Assembly: GCA_902783165.1 (NCBI GenBank)
Contig: CACZPU010000008.1
Location: 3,487 to 67,486 of the forward strand
Length of the DNA: 64,000 nt
Origin: an uncultured Prevotellaceae bacterium
GTDB lineage: Bacteria; Bacteroidota; Bacteroidia; Bacteroidales; Bacteroidaceae
Reading direction: 5' to 3'
In this document: in pieces, positions 47,222 to 56,315 of the stretch
How positions within the stretch are numbered: the stretch's first letter is position 1
How the letters are laid out: each line of letters opens with the position of its first letter
The notes under the pieces: model-generated
Database searches by the model: none
What the model was told of the DNA's origin: nothing
Seen by the model: only the letters and a program-made list of their open reading frames with translations
Program-made: the position numbers and the translations under genes

Positions 47222-48652
47222 ATGGACAGACGACAATTCCTCAAGATATTCGGAGGCACGGCAGTGGCATCATCAACATTGCTCGCGGCCTGTAAGAAGA
47301 GCGACGGCCAGCAGAAGACACTTGCCGAGCGGCAAGAGCCTCCTACCGACAAGATGACCATGCGCGTGAATCCAAACACCAATGACAAGGTGTCGCTCCT
47401 TGGCTATGGTATGATGAGACTCCCCATCGAAGGAGGTGGCAATCCACGTGAGAATCCAGATGCCGACTACGACCAGGAGATGATTAACAAGCAGGTGGAC
47501 TACGCTATTGCACATGGAGTGAATTATTTTGACACAAGTCCCGCCTATTGTAGAGGTCTTTCGGAACGATGCACAGGCATAGCCTTGCACCGACATCCAC
47601 GAGACAAATATTTCATTGCCACGAAGATGAGCAATTTCTCGCCAGACACATGGACCAGGGAGAGTTCCATCGAAATGTTTGAAAACTCGCTCAAAGAGTT
47701 GCAGGTGGACTATATCGACTATTTGCTCTTGCATGGTATAGGTGGTGATTCGCGATACTTGGATAGTGAGGAGACCTTCAATGCGCGCTATATGGACAAC
47801 GGTATTCTCGACTGGCTTGTCGAGCAGAAGAAGAAAGGACGTATACGCAACCTTGGATTCTCCTATCATGGCGATGTGGAAATCTACGACATGCTCTTGA
47901 AATGGCACGACGAGGGAAGATACCATTGGGACTTCGCACAGATAGAACTTAACTACCTCGACTGGGAGTGGGCCGATGAAATAAATGACCGCAACACAGA
48001 TGCATCCTACCTCTATGCCGAATTGGAGAAACGAGGCATACCTGCCGTCATTATGGAACCGCTTCTTGGCGGAAGACTGGCCAACGTTCCTGACCCTGTG
48101 GTGGCAAAAATGAAGCAACGTGAACCCGAAAGTTCGGTCGCATCATGGGCATTCAGGTATGCTGGAACCCCCAAGGGAGTGCTTACTGTGCTCAGCGGTA
48201 TGACCTACATGGAGCATCTGCGCGACAACATTTTCTCGTATGCACCGTTGAAACCCATCTCAAAAGAGGAGAACGACTTCCTCATGGAGGTGGCAGAAGA
48301 CATCTATAACTTGAAAACCATCCCTTGCAACGAGTGCAACTATTGCATGCCATGCCCTTATGGAATCAATATACCAGCTATTCTTGCACATTACAACAAA
48401 TGTATCAAGGAAGGCAACATACCTCACGTGGAGGAAGAGCAGAAGAAGCACATGGAGGCAGCTGAATACCGTAGAAGGCGAAGAGCATTCCTTATAGGAT
48501 ACGACCGCTCGGTACCCAAGCTCAGACAGGCAAACCATTGTATCCAGTGCGGACAATGCTCACCCCATTGCCCCCAACGCATCGACATACCAAAGGAAAT
48601 GCGGCGCATAGACGAATTCACCGAAGCTTTGAAACGCGAAGGAAGGCTTTAG
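47222..48652 (+). CDS. Aldo/keto reductase with 4Fe-4S dicluster, Tat lipoprotein leader
   Basis: MDRRQFLK...LLAAC leader with FDTSPAY, ATK, LLHG, CNECNYCMPCP and CIQCGQCSPHCP motifs. Confidence 0.87.
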   Translation: MDRRQFLKIFGGTAVASSTLLAACKKSDGQQKTLAERQEPPTDKMTMRVNPNTNDKVSLLGYGMMRLPIEGGGNPRENPDADYDQEMINKQVDYAIAHGVNYFDTSPAYCRGLSERCTGIALHRHPRDKYFIATKMSNFSPDTWTRESSIEMFENSLKELQVDYIDYLLLHGIGGDSRYLDSEETFNARYMDNGILDWLVEQKKKGRIRNLGFSYHGDVEIYDMLLKWHDEGRYHWDFAQIELNYLDWEWADEINDRNTDASYLYAELEKRGIPAVIMEPLLGGRLANVPDPVVAKMKQREPESSVASWAFRYAGTPKGVLTVLSGMTYMEHLRDNIFSYAPLKPISKEENDFLMEVAEDIYNLKTIPCNECNYCMPCPYGINIPAILAHYNKCIKEGNIPHVEEEQKKHMEAAEYRRRRRAFLIGYDRSVPKLRQANHCIQCGQCSPHCPQRIDIPKEMRRIDEFTEALKREGRL

Positions 48653-48698
48653 ACAAACATCATCTGTTCTACCTTTGCAAGAATAGTGTTTTCAAACA

Positions 48699-50195
48699 AT
48701 GAATAAGAAACTACACCCCATCATGTTTGCTGGCACAGGAAGCGATGTGGGAAAGAGTATCGTTGCCACTGCTTTCTGCCGGATATTCAAGGAAGACGGC
48801 TACCAGCCCGCACCCTTCAAGGCGCAAAACATGGCACTCAACTCCTATGCTACCCCCGAAGGACTGGAGATAGGAAGGGCGCAGGCTGTACAGGCCGAGG
48901 CAGCAGGACTGGCTTGTCATACCGATATGAATCCCTTGTTGCTCAAGCCCAATAGTGACCATACATCGCAAGTGGTGCTCAACGGCAAACCCATGGGAAA
49001 CTATCATGCTAGGGAATATTTTGGCGAGGAAACAAAGAACGGCATTTCGCGTGCCATGCTGAGAGAGGAAGTGCATCGTGCCTTCGACAGACTGGCCTCT
49101 CGATATAACCCCATTGTGATGGAAGGGGCGGGAAGTATTGCCGAAATCAACCTCCACGATCGCGACTTGGTGAATATGAGCATGGCCATGTACGCCCAAG
49201 CCGATGTCATCCTTGTGGCCGATATCGACCGTGGCGGAGTATTTGCAAGCGTCTATGGCTCCATCATGCTTCTCCCGCCAGAGGAGCGTGCACTCATCAA
49301 GGGCATTATCATCAACAAATTTCGGGGCGACATATCGCTTTTCGACGAAGGCCGACGCATGTTAGAGCAATTGTGTGGCATACCTGTGCTGGCAGTGCTA
49401 CCTTTTTTTAATGACATACATATCGAGGAGGAAGACTCTGTTTCGCTGGAAACGAAGAGTCGCGAGGCTGAGGAAGGGAAGGTGAACATTGCCATCGTCA
49501 TGCTTGGGCGCCTGAGCAATTTCACCGATTTTGATGCTTTGGAGCGCGATGAACGCGTGCATTTGTTTTACACCAATAACACCGAAGAGATTCGGAAAGC
49601 CGACATCATCATCATTCCTGGATCAAAAAACACCATTGCCGACCTCATGGAGATTCGGCGGAACGGTGTGGCACAAGCCATCCTCAGGGCACACCATGAT
49701 GGAAAAACCGTAATGGGCATCTGCGGCGGTTATCAGATGATGGGCGAGGAAATTCTCGACCCCAATCATGTGGAAGGGGAGGTGGAGCGAATGCCAGGCT
49801 TAGGATTATTGCCTACACGCACTATTATGGGTGGAGAGAAACGCACCGTACAGACAACATTCCGCTTTCTCCACTATCCAGAAGAGTGTCGTGGATATGA
49901 AATCCACATGGGTGAGACCAGTGTGATTCGCGATGAACAACACAAAGTGGCAGACACAGAGCAGGAGATACCAGCAGGATTCTATCTCAGCAACAAGTGT
50001 TTCGGCACCTACATGCACGGCATTCTCGACAATCAGCCTGTGGTTGACCATCTGCTTGAGCCATTCATTAGCCGATTGGAGGAACGAAAGCATTTCAACT
50101 ACGCTGAATACAAAGAGTTGCAATACAAACGGTTGGCCGAAGCCACACGCCTTTATACCGACATGGAGAAATTGTATCAGATACTCCAAGATTGA
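48699..50195 (+). CDS. cobQ: Cobyric acid synthase (CbiP)
   Basis: GTGSDVGKS, PFKAQNMALNS, EGAGS, DIDRGG, INKFRGD, SNFTDF, PGSK, GICGGYQM and GTYMHG motifs. Own -7 box at 48670-48677. Confidence 0.95.
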   Translation: MNKKLHPIMFAGTGSDVGKSIVATAFCRIFKEDGYQPAPFKAQNMALNSYATPEGLEIGRAQAVQAEAAGLACHTDMNPLLLKPNSDHTSQVVLNGKPMGNYHAREYFGEETKNGISRAMLREEVHRAFDRLASRYNPIVMEGAGSIAEINLHDRDLVNMSMAMYAQADVILVADIDRGGVFASVYGSIMLLPPEERALIKGIIINKFRGDISLFDEGRRMLEQLCGIPVLAVLPFFNDIHIEEEDSVSLETKSREAEEGKVNIAIVMLGRLSNFTDFDALERDERVHLFYTNNTEEIRKADIIIIPGSKNTIADLMEIRRNGVAQAILRAHHDGKTVMGICGGYQMMGEEILDPNHVEGEVERMPGLGLLPTRTIMGGEKRTVQTTFRFLHYPEECRGYEIHMGETSVIRDEQHKVADTEQEIPAGFYLSNKCFGTYMHGILDNQPVVDHLLEPFISRLEERKHFNYAEYKELQYKRLAEATRLYTDMEKLYQILQD

Positions 50196-50352
50196 TTGTT
50201 GTCCTGTGGGCATTGTGGCAAAATGTTCTTATATATATAGGTATAGAGAAGTTGTATCACAATGTTCCATCATAAGATTATCGGCTTAAAGAAGTCATAC
50301 CCATTATTCCAAAAGGCAATGTCAATCTGACCATTTCATCGCATATAACACA

Positions 50353-51144
50353 ATGATAGGAACCATCGTCAACACAGCCACCATCATAGCGGGAAGCATC
50401 ATAGGTAGTATCCTGCATAGGGGTGTCAAGGAAAAATACAAGCAGGTGCTTTATACAGGGCTGGGACTGGCAAGTCTCGCCATCGGACTTAATGCCACCA
50501 TCTCCAACTTGCCCAAAAGCCAATACCCCGTGCTCTTCATTGTAAGTCTTGCCATCGGAGGTGTGGCGGGCACCGCTATCGATATCGATGGAAGATTCAA
50601 GCGCATGGTGGACAAACGGGAGAAACGCAAAGGTAAACCAGACAAGGACAATCTCAGGGAATTGCAAGAGTTGGAGGAAAGCAAGGCTTTACAAAACTTG
50701 GAAAAGCGCAAGGATGAAATGGAAAAACACCATTCGCGATTGGCCGACGGACTGTCGACAGCTATTCTACTCTATTGCATTGGTCCTTTGTCGATGCTCG
50801 GTCCTGTAATCAGCGCGCTGAAAGGCGACCATACGTTCCTCTTCACCAATGCAACGCTCGATTTTGTCTCCTCGATGGTTTTCTCATCCACCTACGGCAT
50901 GGGCATGGTTCTGGCCGCGCCTGTTCTTTTCTGCTGGCAAGGAATGTTCTGGCTCATCGCCCATGTGTCGAGTACGGCTATCAGCGACGCTCTGATGGCA
51001 GAGTTGCTTATTGTTGGAGGGCTGATGATTACCGGTTCGGGCTTGGGACTGCTTAACCTGAAGGATTGCAAAACACTCAATCTATTGCCAGCTTTGCTCG
51101 TACCTGTACTATGGTTTCTCTTGAAATCGTTCTTCAACATCTGA
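50353..51144 (+). CDS. DUF554-family membrane protein
   Basis: MIGTIVN, LYCIGPLS, TNATLD and NLLPAL motifs. Confidence 0.85.
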   Translation: MIGTIVNTATIIAGSIIGSILHRGVKEKYKQVLYTGLGLASLAIGLNATISNLPKSQYPVLFIVSLAIGGVAGTAIDIDGRFKRMVDKREKRKGKPDKDNLRELQELEESKALQNLEKRKDEMEKHHSRLADGLSTAILLYCIGPLSMLGPVISALKGDHTFLFTNATLDFVSSMVFSSTYGMGMVLAAPVLFCWQGMFWLIAHVSSTAISDALMAELLIVGGLMITGSGLGLLNLKDCKTLNLLPALLVPVLWFLLKSFFNI

Positions 51145-51168
51145 AACTAATTATTATCAATCACAAAT

Positions 51169-51942
51169 ATGAAACGTACATATATCAGAATCTTATCCCT
51201 ATTGGTGGCGTGCCTTATTCTTAGTAATGCAGCCTTTGCCGGAAACAAACGTGTGCTATACATCGGCGACTCCATTACCGACGGAGGATGGGGAAGGAGC
51301 GGAGGCATGATGACTCCTTCGGAGAAACGCAACCACAAAGACTTGAATCATCTCTACGGACATAGTTTCATGATGCTTTGTGCAGCCCATTATATGAGTG
51401 AATATCCTGATTCCGACTATGTATTCCTCAATAGGGGCATCAGCGGAAACACACTCAACGATGTGGCTCAACGATGGCAGGCTGATGCGCTCGACTTGAA
51501 ACCCGATGTGGTCACCTTGCTCGTGGGAACCAACGACATTGACCGATACCTGGCTGATTACGAGAAAGACAACAACCTCAATTTTGACTATCGGGAATGG
51601 GGGAAACAATATGAACAATTGCTCGACCAACTGGTGGAACAAAATCCGCATGTCACAATCTTGGTGGGCAGTCCATTCGTCGACAAAGGTGGAAAAATTG
51701 GCAAGGCTCCTACCTTTGTCAAGCGCCAGAAAATGATTCGCAAGTTGGGAAACATCATCGCCGACATCGCCAAAAACCACCATGCCATCTATCTGCCTTT
51801 CAGGGAGATGTTCGAACAGCTGACAAAGACACAACCGCGCGAACACTATTGGATTTGGGACGGCATTCATCCCACTACGGCTGGACACCAACGCATGGCC
51901 GATCTATGGGTGGAGATGGCCGACCGCATGCATGTTCTCTGA
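51169..51942 (+). CDS. Secreted SGNH/GDSL hydrolase
   Basis: GDSITD, NRGISGN, GTND and DGIHP blocks, with a signal peptide. Confidence 0.88.
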   Translation: MKRTYIRILSLLVACLILSNAAFAGNKRVLYIGDSITDGGWGRSGGMMTPSEKRNHKDLNHLYGHSFMMLCAAHYMSEYPDSDYVFLNRGISGNTLNDVAQRWQADALDLKPDVVTLLVGTNDIDRYLADYEKDNNLNFDYREWGKQYEQLLDQLVEQNPHVTILVGSPFVDKGGKIGKAPTFVKRQKMIRKLGNIIADIAKNHHAIYLPFREMFEQLTKTQPREHYWIWDGIHPTTAGHQRMADLWVEMADRMHVL

Positions 51943-52201
51943 CAAATGTGCCATAAGCACGTAAAGAACGTTCCGTAAACGTTGAGCGAACATACCTTTT
52001 GCGCGAAGTATAAAAGCCATATGCACGAAAGGAATGCACAATTCACATGAAACCATCATGACTTATGCGAAGAAAGAAAGGACAATTTGCGCGGAAATTA
52101 AAAGCTATAGGGGATTTTTCTTAAACAATAGGGAAAATCCCTTTTTTTATTGTGGGAATTACGTATTTTTGCACCATCTAATCAATTAATATCAAATAAT
52201 T

Positions 52202-52906
52202 ATGAAAGATAAGACTATCATTGCCGCTGCCCTCATAGCTCTGGGCATCGTCATCATGGGAGAATCATTGAGGTCTGGCATCAATGCTTTTGCCAATAAA
52301 GACCGCAAAGTGAATGTGAAAGGCCTGGCCGAGCAAGAGGTGGAGGCCGACAAAGTGACGTGGCCTATCGTGTCGAAGGAAATGGGCAACGACCTGCCCG
52401 AGCTCTACAACAAGATTGGTGCCACACAAGGCAAAATAAAAGCCTTCCTATTGAGGAATGGAATCAAGGAAACGGAGCTTACCATCAATGCTCCTCAGGT
52501 GATTGACCTCAATGCCGAGCAATATAACAACAATTACAGGTCCTATCGCTACATTATCACATCAGTGATCACTGTCACTTCCAAGAATGTCTCGCAAGTG
52601 AGAAGTATCATTGCGCGTCAGGGTGACTTACTGAAAGAAGGTGTCGCTATTGTTGACGGAGGCTACGAGAATCCAGTGAAATACGAGTTTGTGGCTTTCA
52701 AGGAAATGAAACCTAAAATGATGCAGGAGGCCATTGAGAACGCTGAGAAGACCGCCCAGCAATTTGCCGAGAACAGCCACTCCAAACTGAACAAGATTGT
52801 GAGCGCCGACCAAGGTCAATTCTCTATCGACGACCGCGACTCCAACACGCCCTACATCAAGAAGGTGCGCGTGGTGACAACAGTTACCTATTCGTTGAAA
52901 AACTAG
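52202..52906 (+). CDS. SIMPL-domain (DUF541) protein
   Basis: VNVKGLAEQEV, ANQ-like SADQGQFSI and KKVRVV motifs. The -7 box is at 52164-52171. Confidence 0.82.
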   Translation: MKDKTIIAAALIALGIVIMGESLRSGINAFANKDRKVNVKGLAEQEVEADKVTWPIVSKEMGNDLPELYNKIGATQGKIKAFLLRNGIKETELTINAPQVIDLNAEQYNNNYRSYRYIITSVITVTSKNVSQVRSIIARQGDLLKEGVAIVDGGYENPVKYEFVAFKEMKPKMMQEAIENAEKTAQQFAENSHSKLNKIVSADQGQFSIDDRDSNTPYIKKVRVVTTVTYSLKN

Positions 52907-52982
52907 GCCGTCCATTTTTGGAAACGAACGCAAAGCCCACCTTGTCCGCTTTGCACAGTGGAAAGGAGTCTAAGCCATTTGC

Positions 52983-54062
52983 CTAGAAAAAGACAATACA
53001 AACACAAGCAATGACCACCATCATAGCTTCTGCCGATTGATTTACCTTGCAGGCCAGAGTCATATCGGCAGAAGTGAGTGGGCGGTCGTGCGTACCGATG
53101 TTTGGTTTCTCGATGGTTTCGCCAAAGTAGATGTGCGTTCCTCCAAACTGGCAATCGAGAATCCCGGCCAAGGCACTCTCCGGCCATCCGCTATTGGGTG
53201 AGGCATGTTGGTTGCCGTACCGTCCCACGAAACGGATAAGCTCCCAAACATTCCGCCCTTTCATCTCAGATTTCTTTGTCGACGAATTGTTTATTCCGCT
53301 TTTCTCATGCTCTGCTTCTGCACATTCGTCTGTACTTTTCTCATGGCCTTCCTTATTCTCTCCTTTACATAATCCCATTATGGTCATCAGCCGATAGCCA
53401 ACAATCATGAGCAAGGCAGTAAGGCGTGCGGGAATATAGTTGGCCACATCGTCGATGCGGGCAGCTACCGTGCCGAAATGCCGATAACGCTCTGTCCGGT
53501 AGCCAATCATAGAGTCGAGTGTGTTCACCATTTTGTAGGTCATCATACCTGGAACACCTATGAGTATCAGCCAGAAAAGAGGTGCTATCACTCCATCGGA
53601 GAGGTTCTCGGCAAGTGTCTCGAGGGCGGCTTTGCGTATCTCTTGTGCATCGAGTTGCGAGGTGTCGCGGCCCACGATGCGTGCCACTTGGCTTCGGCCC
53701 TCATCAATCGAGCGGTCGAGTGCTTCGAATACCATGCGCACCTCCTTGATGAGTGTTGTTCCTGCAAGACAGAAGAAGATGAGAATGGTTTGGAGAATGA
53801 CCACTATAGCGGTGCTCCACAATCGATAATTGTCGCCCAAGAGCATAGGAACGCGCAATAACAACCACGTGAGCGCAAAGGTGGCCAGAATCAATGTCAC
53901 GGCCATCAGGCCACCCTTTGCCCGGCGATGTGCCCCCTTGTTCAGCAGACGCTCTCCACAAGCAATGGCCTTGCCGAAATAGACCACTGGGTGTGGCCAT
54001 TTTGGCGGGTCGCCCAAAAGCTTGTCGAGAAGCCATCCTATGATAAGTGAAATGTAGGTCAT
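52983..54062 (-). CDS. cbiB: Adenosylcobinamide-phosphate synthase
   Basis: GDPPKWPHPV, IVGRDT, LAENLSDGVIAP, YKMVNTLDSMIG and SPNSGWPE motifs. Start set at MTYIS. Confidence 0.93.
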   Translation of the reverse strand: MTYISLIIGWLLDKLLGDPPKWPHPVVYFGKAIACGERLLNKGAHRRAKGGLMAVTLILATFALTWLLLRVPMLLGDNYRLWSTAIVVILQTILIFFCLAGTTLIKEVRMVFEALDRSIDEGRSQVARIVGRDTSQLDAQEIRKAALETLAENLSDGVIAPLFWLILIGVPGMMTYKMVNTLDSMIGYRTERYRHFGTVAARIDDVANYIPARLTALLMIVGYRLMTIMGLCKGENKEGHEKSTDECAEAEHEKSGINNSSTKKSEMKGRNVWELIRFVGRYGNQHASPNSGWPESALAGILDCQFGGTHIYFGETIEKPNIGTHDRPLTSADMTLACKVNQSAEAMMVVIACVCIVFF

Positions 54063-54140
54063 ATCCTTGTTTTTTGTCCTTTTTGTACCTTTTCTTTGTT
54101 CTTTCAATATTTAACAACAAAACGTTTGGCTTTTCATATA

Positions 54141-54249
54141 GTTGTACATCTTATATGTACAACTTGTACAAGTAACATGTACGGCTTGTACATATAAGAT
54201 GTACAACTTGTACAAGTTAGATGTACAACTCTAATAAATGACGTGTACA
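54141..54249. repeat. 22-bp tandem array of self-palindromic TGTACA units
   Basis: Units at 54142, 54164, 54186 and 54208 plus a degenerate fifth. 54141-54162 is the exact reverse complement of 54186-54207. Confidence 0.9.
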
Positions 54250-54322
54250 TTTTTAAAACATTTATCCCCATTCTATATGTAGTCATTACACATTTTGTGT
54301 GCAATGTGTTTTCTTTGGTGAA

Positions 54323-55369
54323 TCACTGCTCGCACAATTGGCGCAAAGCGTTGACGAGCAGCTTGTTTTCTTCGGGCGATTGAGCCGCAACGCGGATGTA
54401 ATGTCGGTTGAGTCCGGCAAAATTATGTGCTGAGCGTATAAGAATGCCATATTCGTCAACCAACCTGCGCTTCATCACGATGCTGTCTTTGCCGGGCATG
54501 TGTATCAGCATGAAGTGGGTTTGGGTGGGCAGAGCCTCTATGCCGCCTATGGTATTGAGTTCGGCGTTGAGGTGCTGGGCTTCTTGCAAGTAGGTTTCTA
54601 TGTCGAACAGGAAATCGTCGGCATGCTCGAGGATGTACTGGCATGCTTGTGAGGCCAGCGCGTTCACGCTCCATGGCATACGGTATTGGCGCAATGTTTC
54701 GGCGAGCGGTTCGGGTGCCGTGACGTATCCGAGCCGCAATCCGGGAATGGAATATTTCTTGGTCATGGAGTGGAGCAGAATGCAGTTGCCCAAGAGAGCA
54801 ACCTCACGCGGTTGAATAAGTTCCTCTTGGCAGAAGAATTCATAGCTTTGGTCGATGACAAACACGGTGTGTGGATGGTTCATCATGCTTTCCACCAACT
54901 GTACTTTGGGAATCACCTTGCCGGTGGGGTTGTTGGGGTTGCATAGCCACACGAGGTTCATCTCATCGGTTACCTCCTCCAACGAACGGATGTGCTTCAC
55001 CTCGTGACCATGCATTCGGCATGCGTCCTCATATTCGCTGAAAGTAGGAATGAGGATGGCTGTGAGGCATCTCTGGCGGTTCACCTCGTCGTTGTCGAAA
55101 GCCGCTGCGGTGGCTTGTGCAATGAGGTAAATGGCTTCGGTGGCGCCGTTGGTTATCAAGTTCTCCTCTTGGCGGTTTTGAAATCTTGTGGCGAGCATTC
55201 GCTCCAAGCTTTTCATTTCTGCCGGAGGGTAGTTTCCTATGCACCCTATGGATTGTTGCAGGTGCTCGCAGAGTCCTGGCATTTGTATGGCGTGGTAGAC
55301 ATTCGAACTGAAATTATGCCGTATGTCGCCCGAATAATCATAGATGTCGTCGCCGTGTCCTTGTATCAT
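54323..55369 (-). CDS. cobD: Threonine-phosphate decarboxylase (PLP class I/II; Salmonella CobD / aerobic CobC)
   Basis: MIQGHG, FSSN, CNPNNPTG and SMTKKYSIPGLRLGY motifs. Upstream of cbiB. Confidence 0.85.
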   Translation of the reverse strand: MIQGHGDDIYDYSGDIRHNFSSNVYHAIQMPGLCEHLQQSIGCIGNYPPAEMKSLERMLATRFQNRQEENLITNGATEAIYLIAQATAAAFDNDEVNRQRCLTAILIPTFSEYEDACRMHGHEVKHIRSLEEVTDEMNLVWLCNPNNPTGKVIPKVQLVESMMNHPHTVFVIDQSYEFFCQEELIQPREVALLGNCILLHSMTKKYSIPGLRLGYVTAPEPLAETLRQYRMPWSVNALASQACQYILEHADDFLFDIETYLQEAQHLNAELNTIGGIEALPTQTHFMLIHMPGKDSIVMKRRLVDEYGILIRSAHNFAGLNRHYIRVAAQSPEENKLLVNALRQLCEQ

Positions 55370-55374
55370 GGTTG

Positions 55375-55382
55375 CAAAAGTA
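55375..55382 (-). promoter_or_regulatory. -7 box positioned for a leaderless transcript
   Basis: TACTTTTG followed by only CAACC before the ATG at 55369. Confidence 0.6.
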
Positions 55383-55607
55383 CAAAAATAATTGGAAATA
55401 GACGAATAAGGCTTAAAAAACCTTGCTTGTGTTTGCCTCTGACATAACCAATCAGCAATGGCTAAAACATGGGCACTTTGAATTGCGTCTACTATTGTTT
55501 TGTTTTCCCTATTCCTGTCAATTTTTGCAAATAATACAGTTTTTTGTGGGTGCTGACTTGTAATTGAAGTTTTTTATGTATATTTGCATACGATAAAAGC
55601 AGATGTT

Positions 55608-56258
55608 ATGGCAAAGCACAGATTATGGCAGGATGAATACTGGCTGCTCCTCATGCAGCTGTATCTGAAGAGGCCTGAGGGCGTGAAACCAATGTATTCG
55701 AAGCCGATGGTGGCGCTGGCGCTGGAATTGCACATCCCCCCCCAATATCTTTACGAGCAGATGTTCAAGCTGAGGCAGCTCGACACTCCTCGTATGGAGC
55801 GGCTTTGGGAACGCTACGGCCATAATCCGCAACGATTGGCCAAGGGTGTGCGCATGCTTAGGAAGATGAAGGGCTTCAGCAACGCCGATGCCTTCTACGA
55901 GGGAGTGGACACTATCGAATCGTGGGAACTCGACTTCAAGCCAGTGACCGAAGGCAGCACCATGTTGCCAGTGATGCTTATCATCATCCTTGATTTATAT
56001 TTCCGCCTCACACCAAACACCATGGTGGCCGATACACCGGAGATTATAGAGTTGGCCAGATTGCTCAAACTGAAACCCAAGGAGGTGGTAGAAGTGATGG
56101 ATGTTTATCAGTTGTGCGACCCCTATCTGAACCGCTCGGCCATCATTCTGAGCCCGCTGCTTGGTCCGTGCCAGCAGATTTGGCAACGCTTTGGCAATGA
56201 CAACCCTGAGAAATTGGCTGGTTTGGCAGCCCAGTTGAAAGACTATTTCAGTAGTTAA
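55608..56258 (+). CDS. Hypothetical protein with two tandem related helical modules
   Basis: Start moved to MAKHRLW after the -7 box at 55579-55586. The two halves share the pattern L..LY...ELA..L..P...LD....W.R.G..P..LA. Confidence 0.7.
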   Translation: MAKHRLWQDEYWLLLMQLYLKRPEGVKPMYSKPMVALALELHIPPQYLYEQMFKLRQLDTPRMERLWERYGHNPQRLAKGVRMLRKMKGFSNADAFYEGVDTIESWELDFKPVTEGSTMLPVMLIIILDLYFRLTPNTMVADTPEIIELARLLKLKPKEVVEVMDVYQLCDPYLNRSAIILSPLLGPCQQIWQRFGNDNPEKLAGLAAQLKDYFSS

Positions 56259-56315
56259 GCACCGAAGGAGGACAATGGGCAGAGCATCTGCAATGACAAG
56301 TGTGAAAGAACAAAG

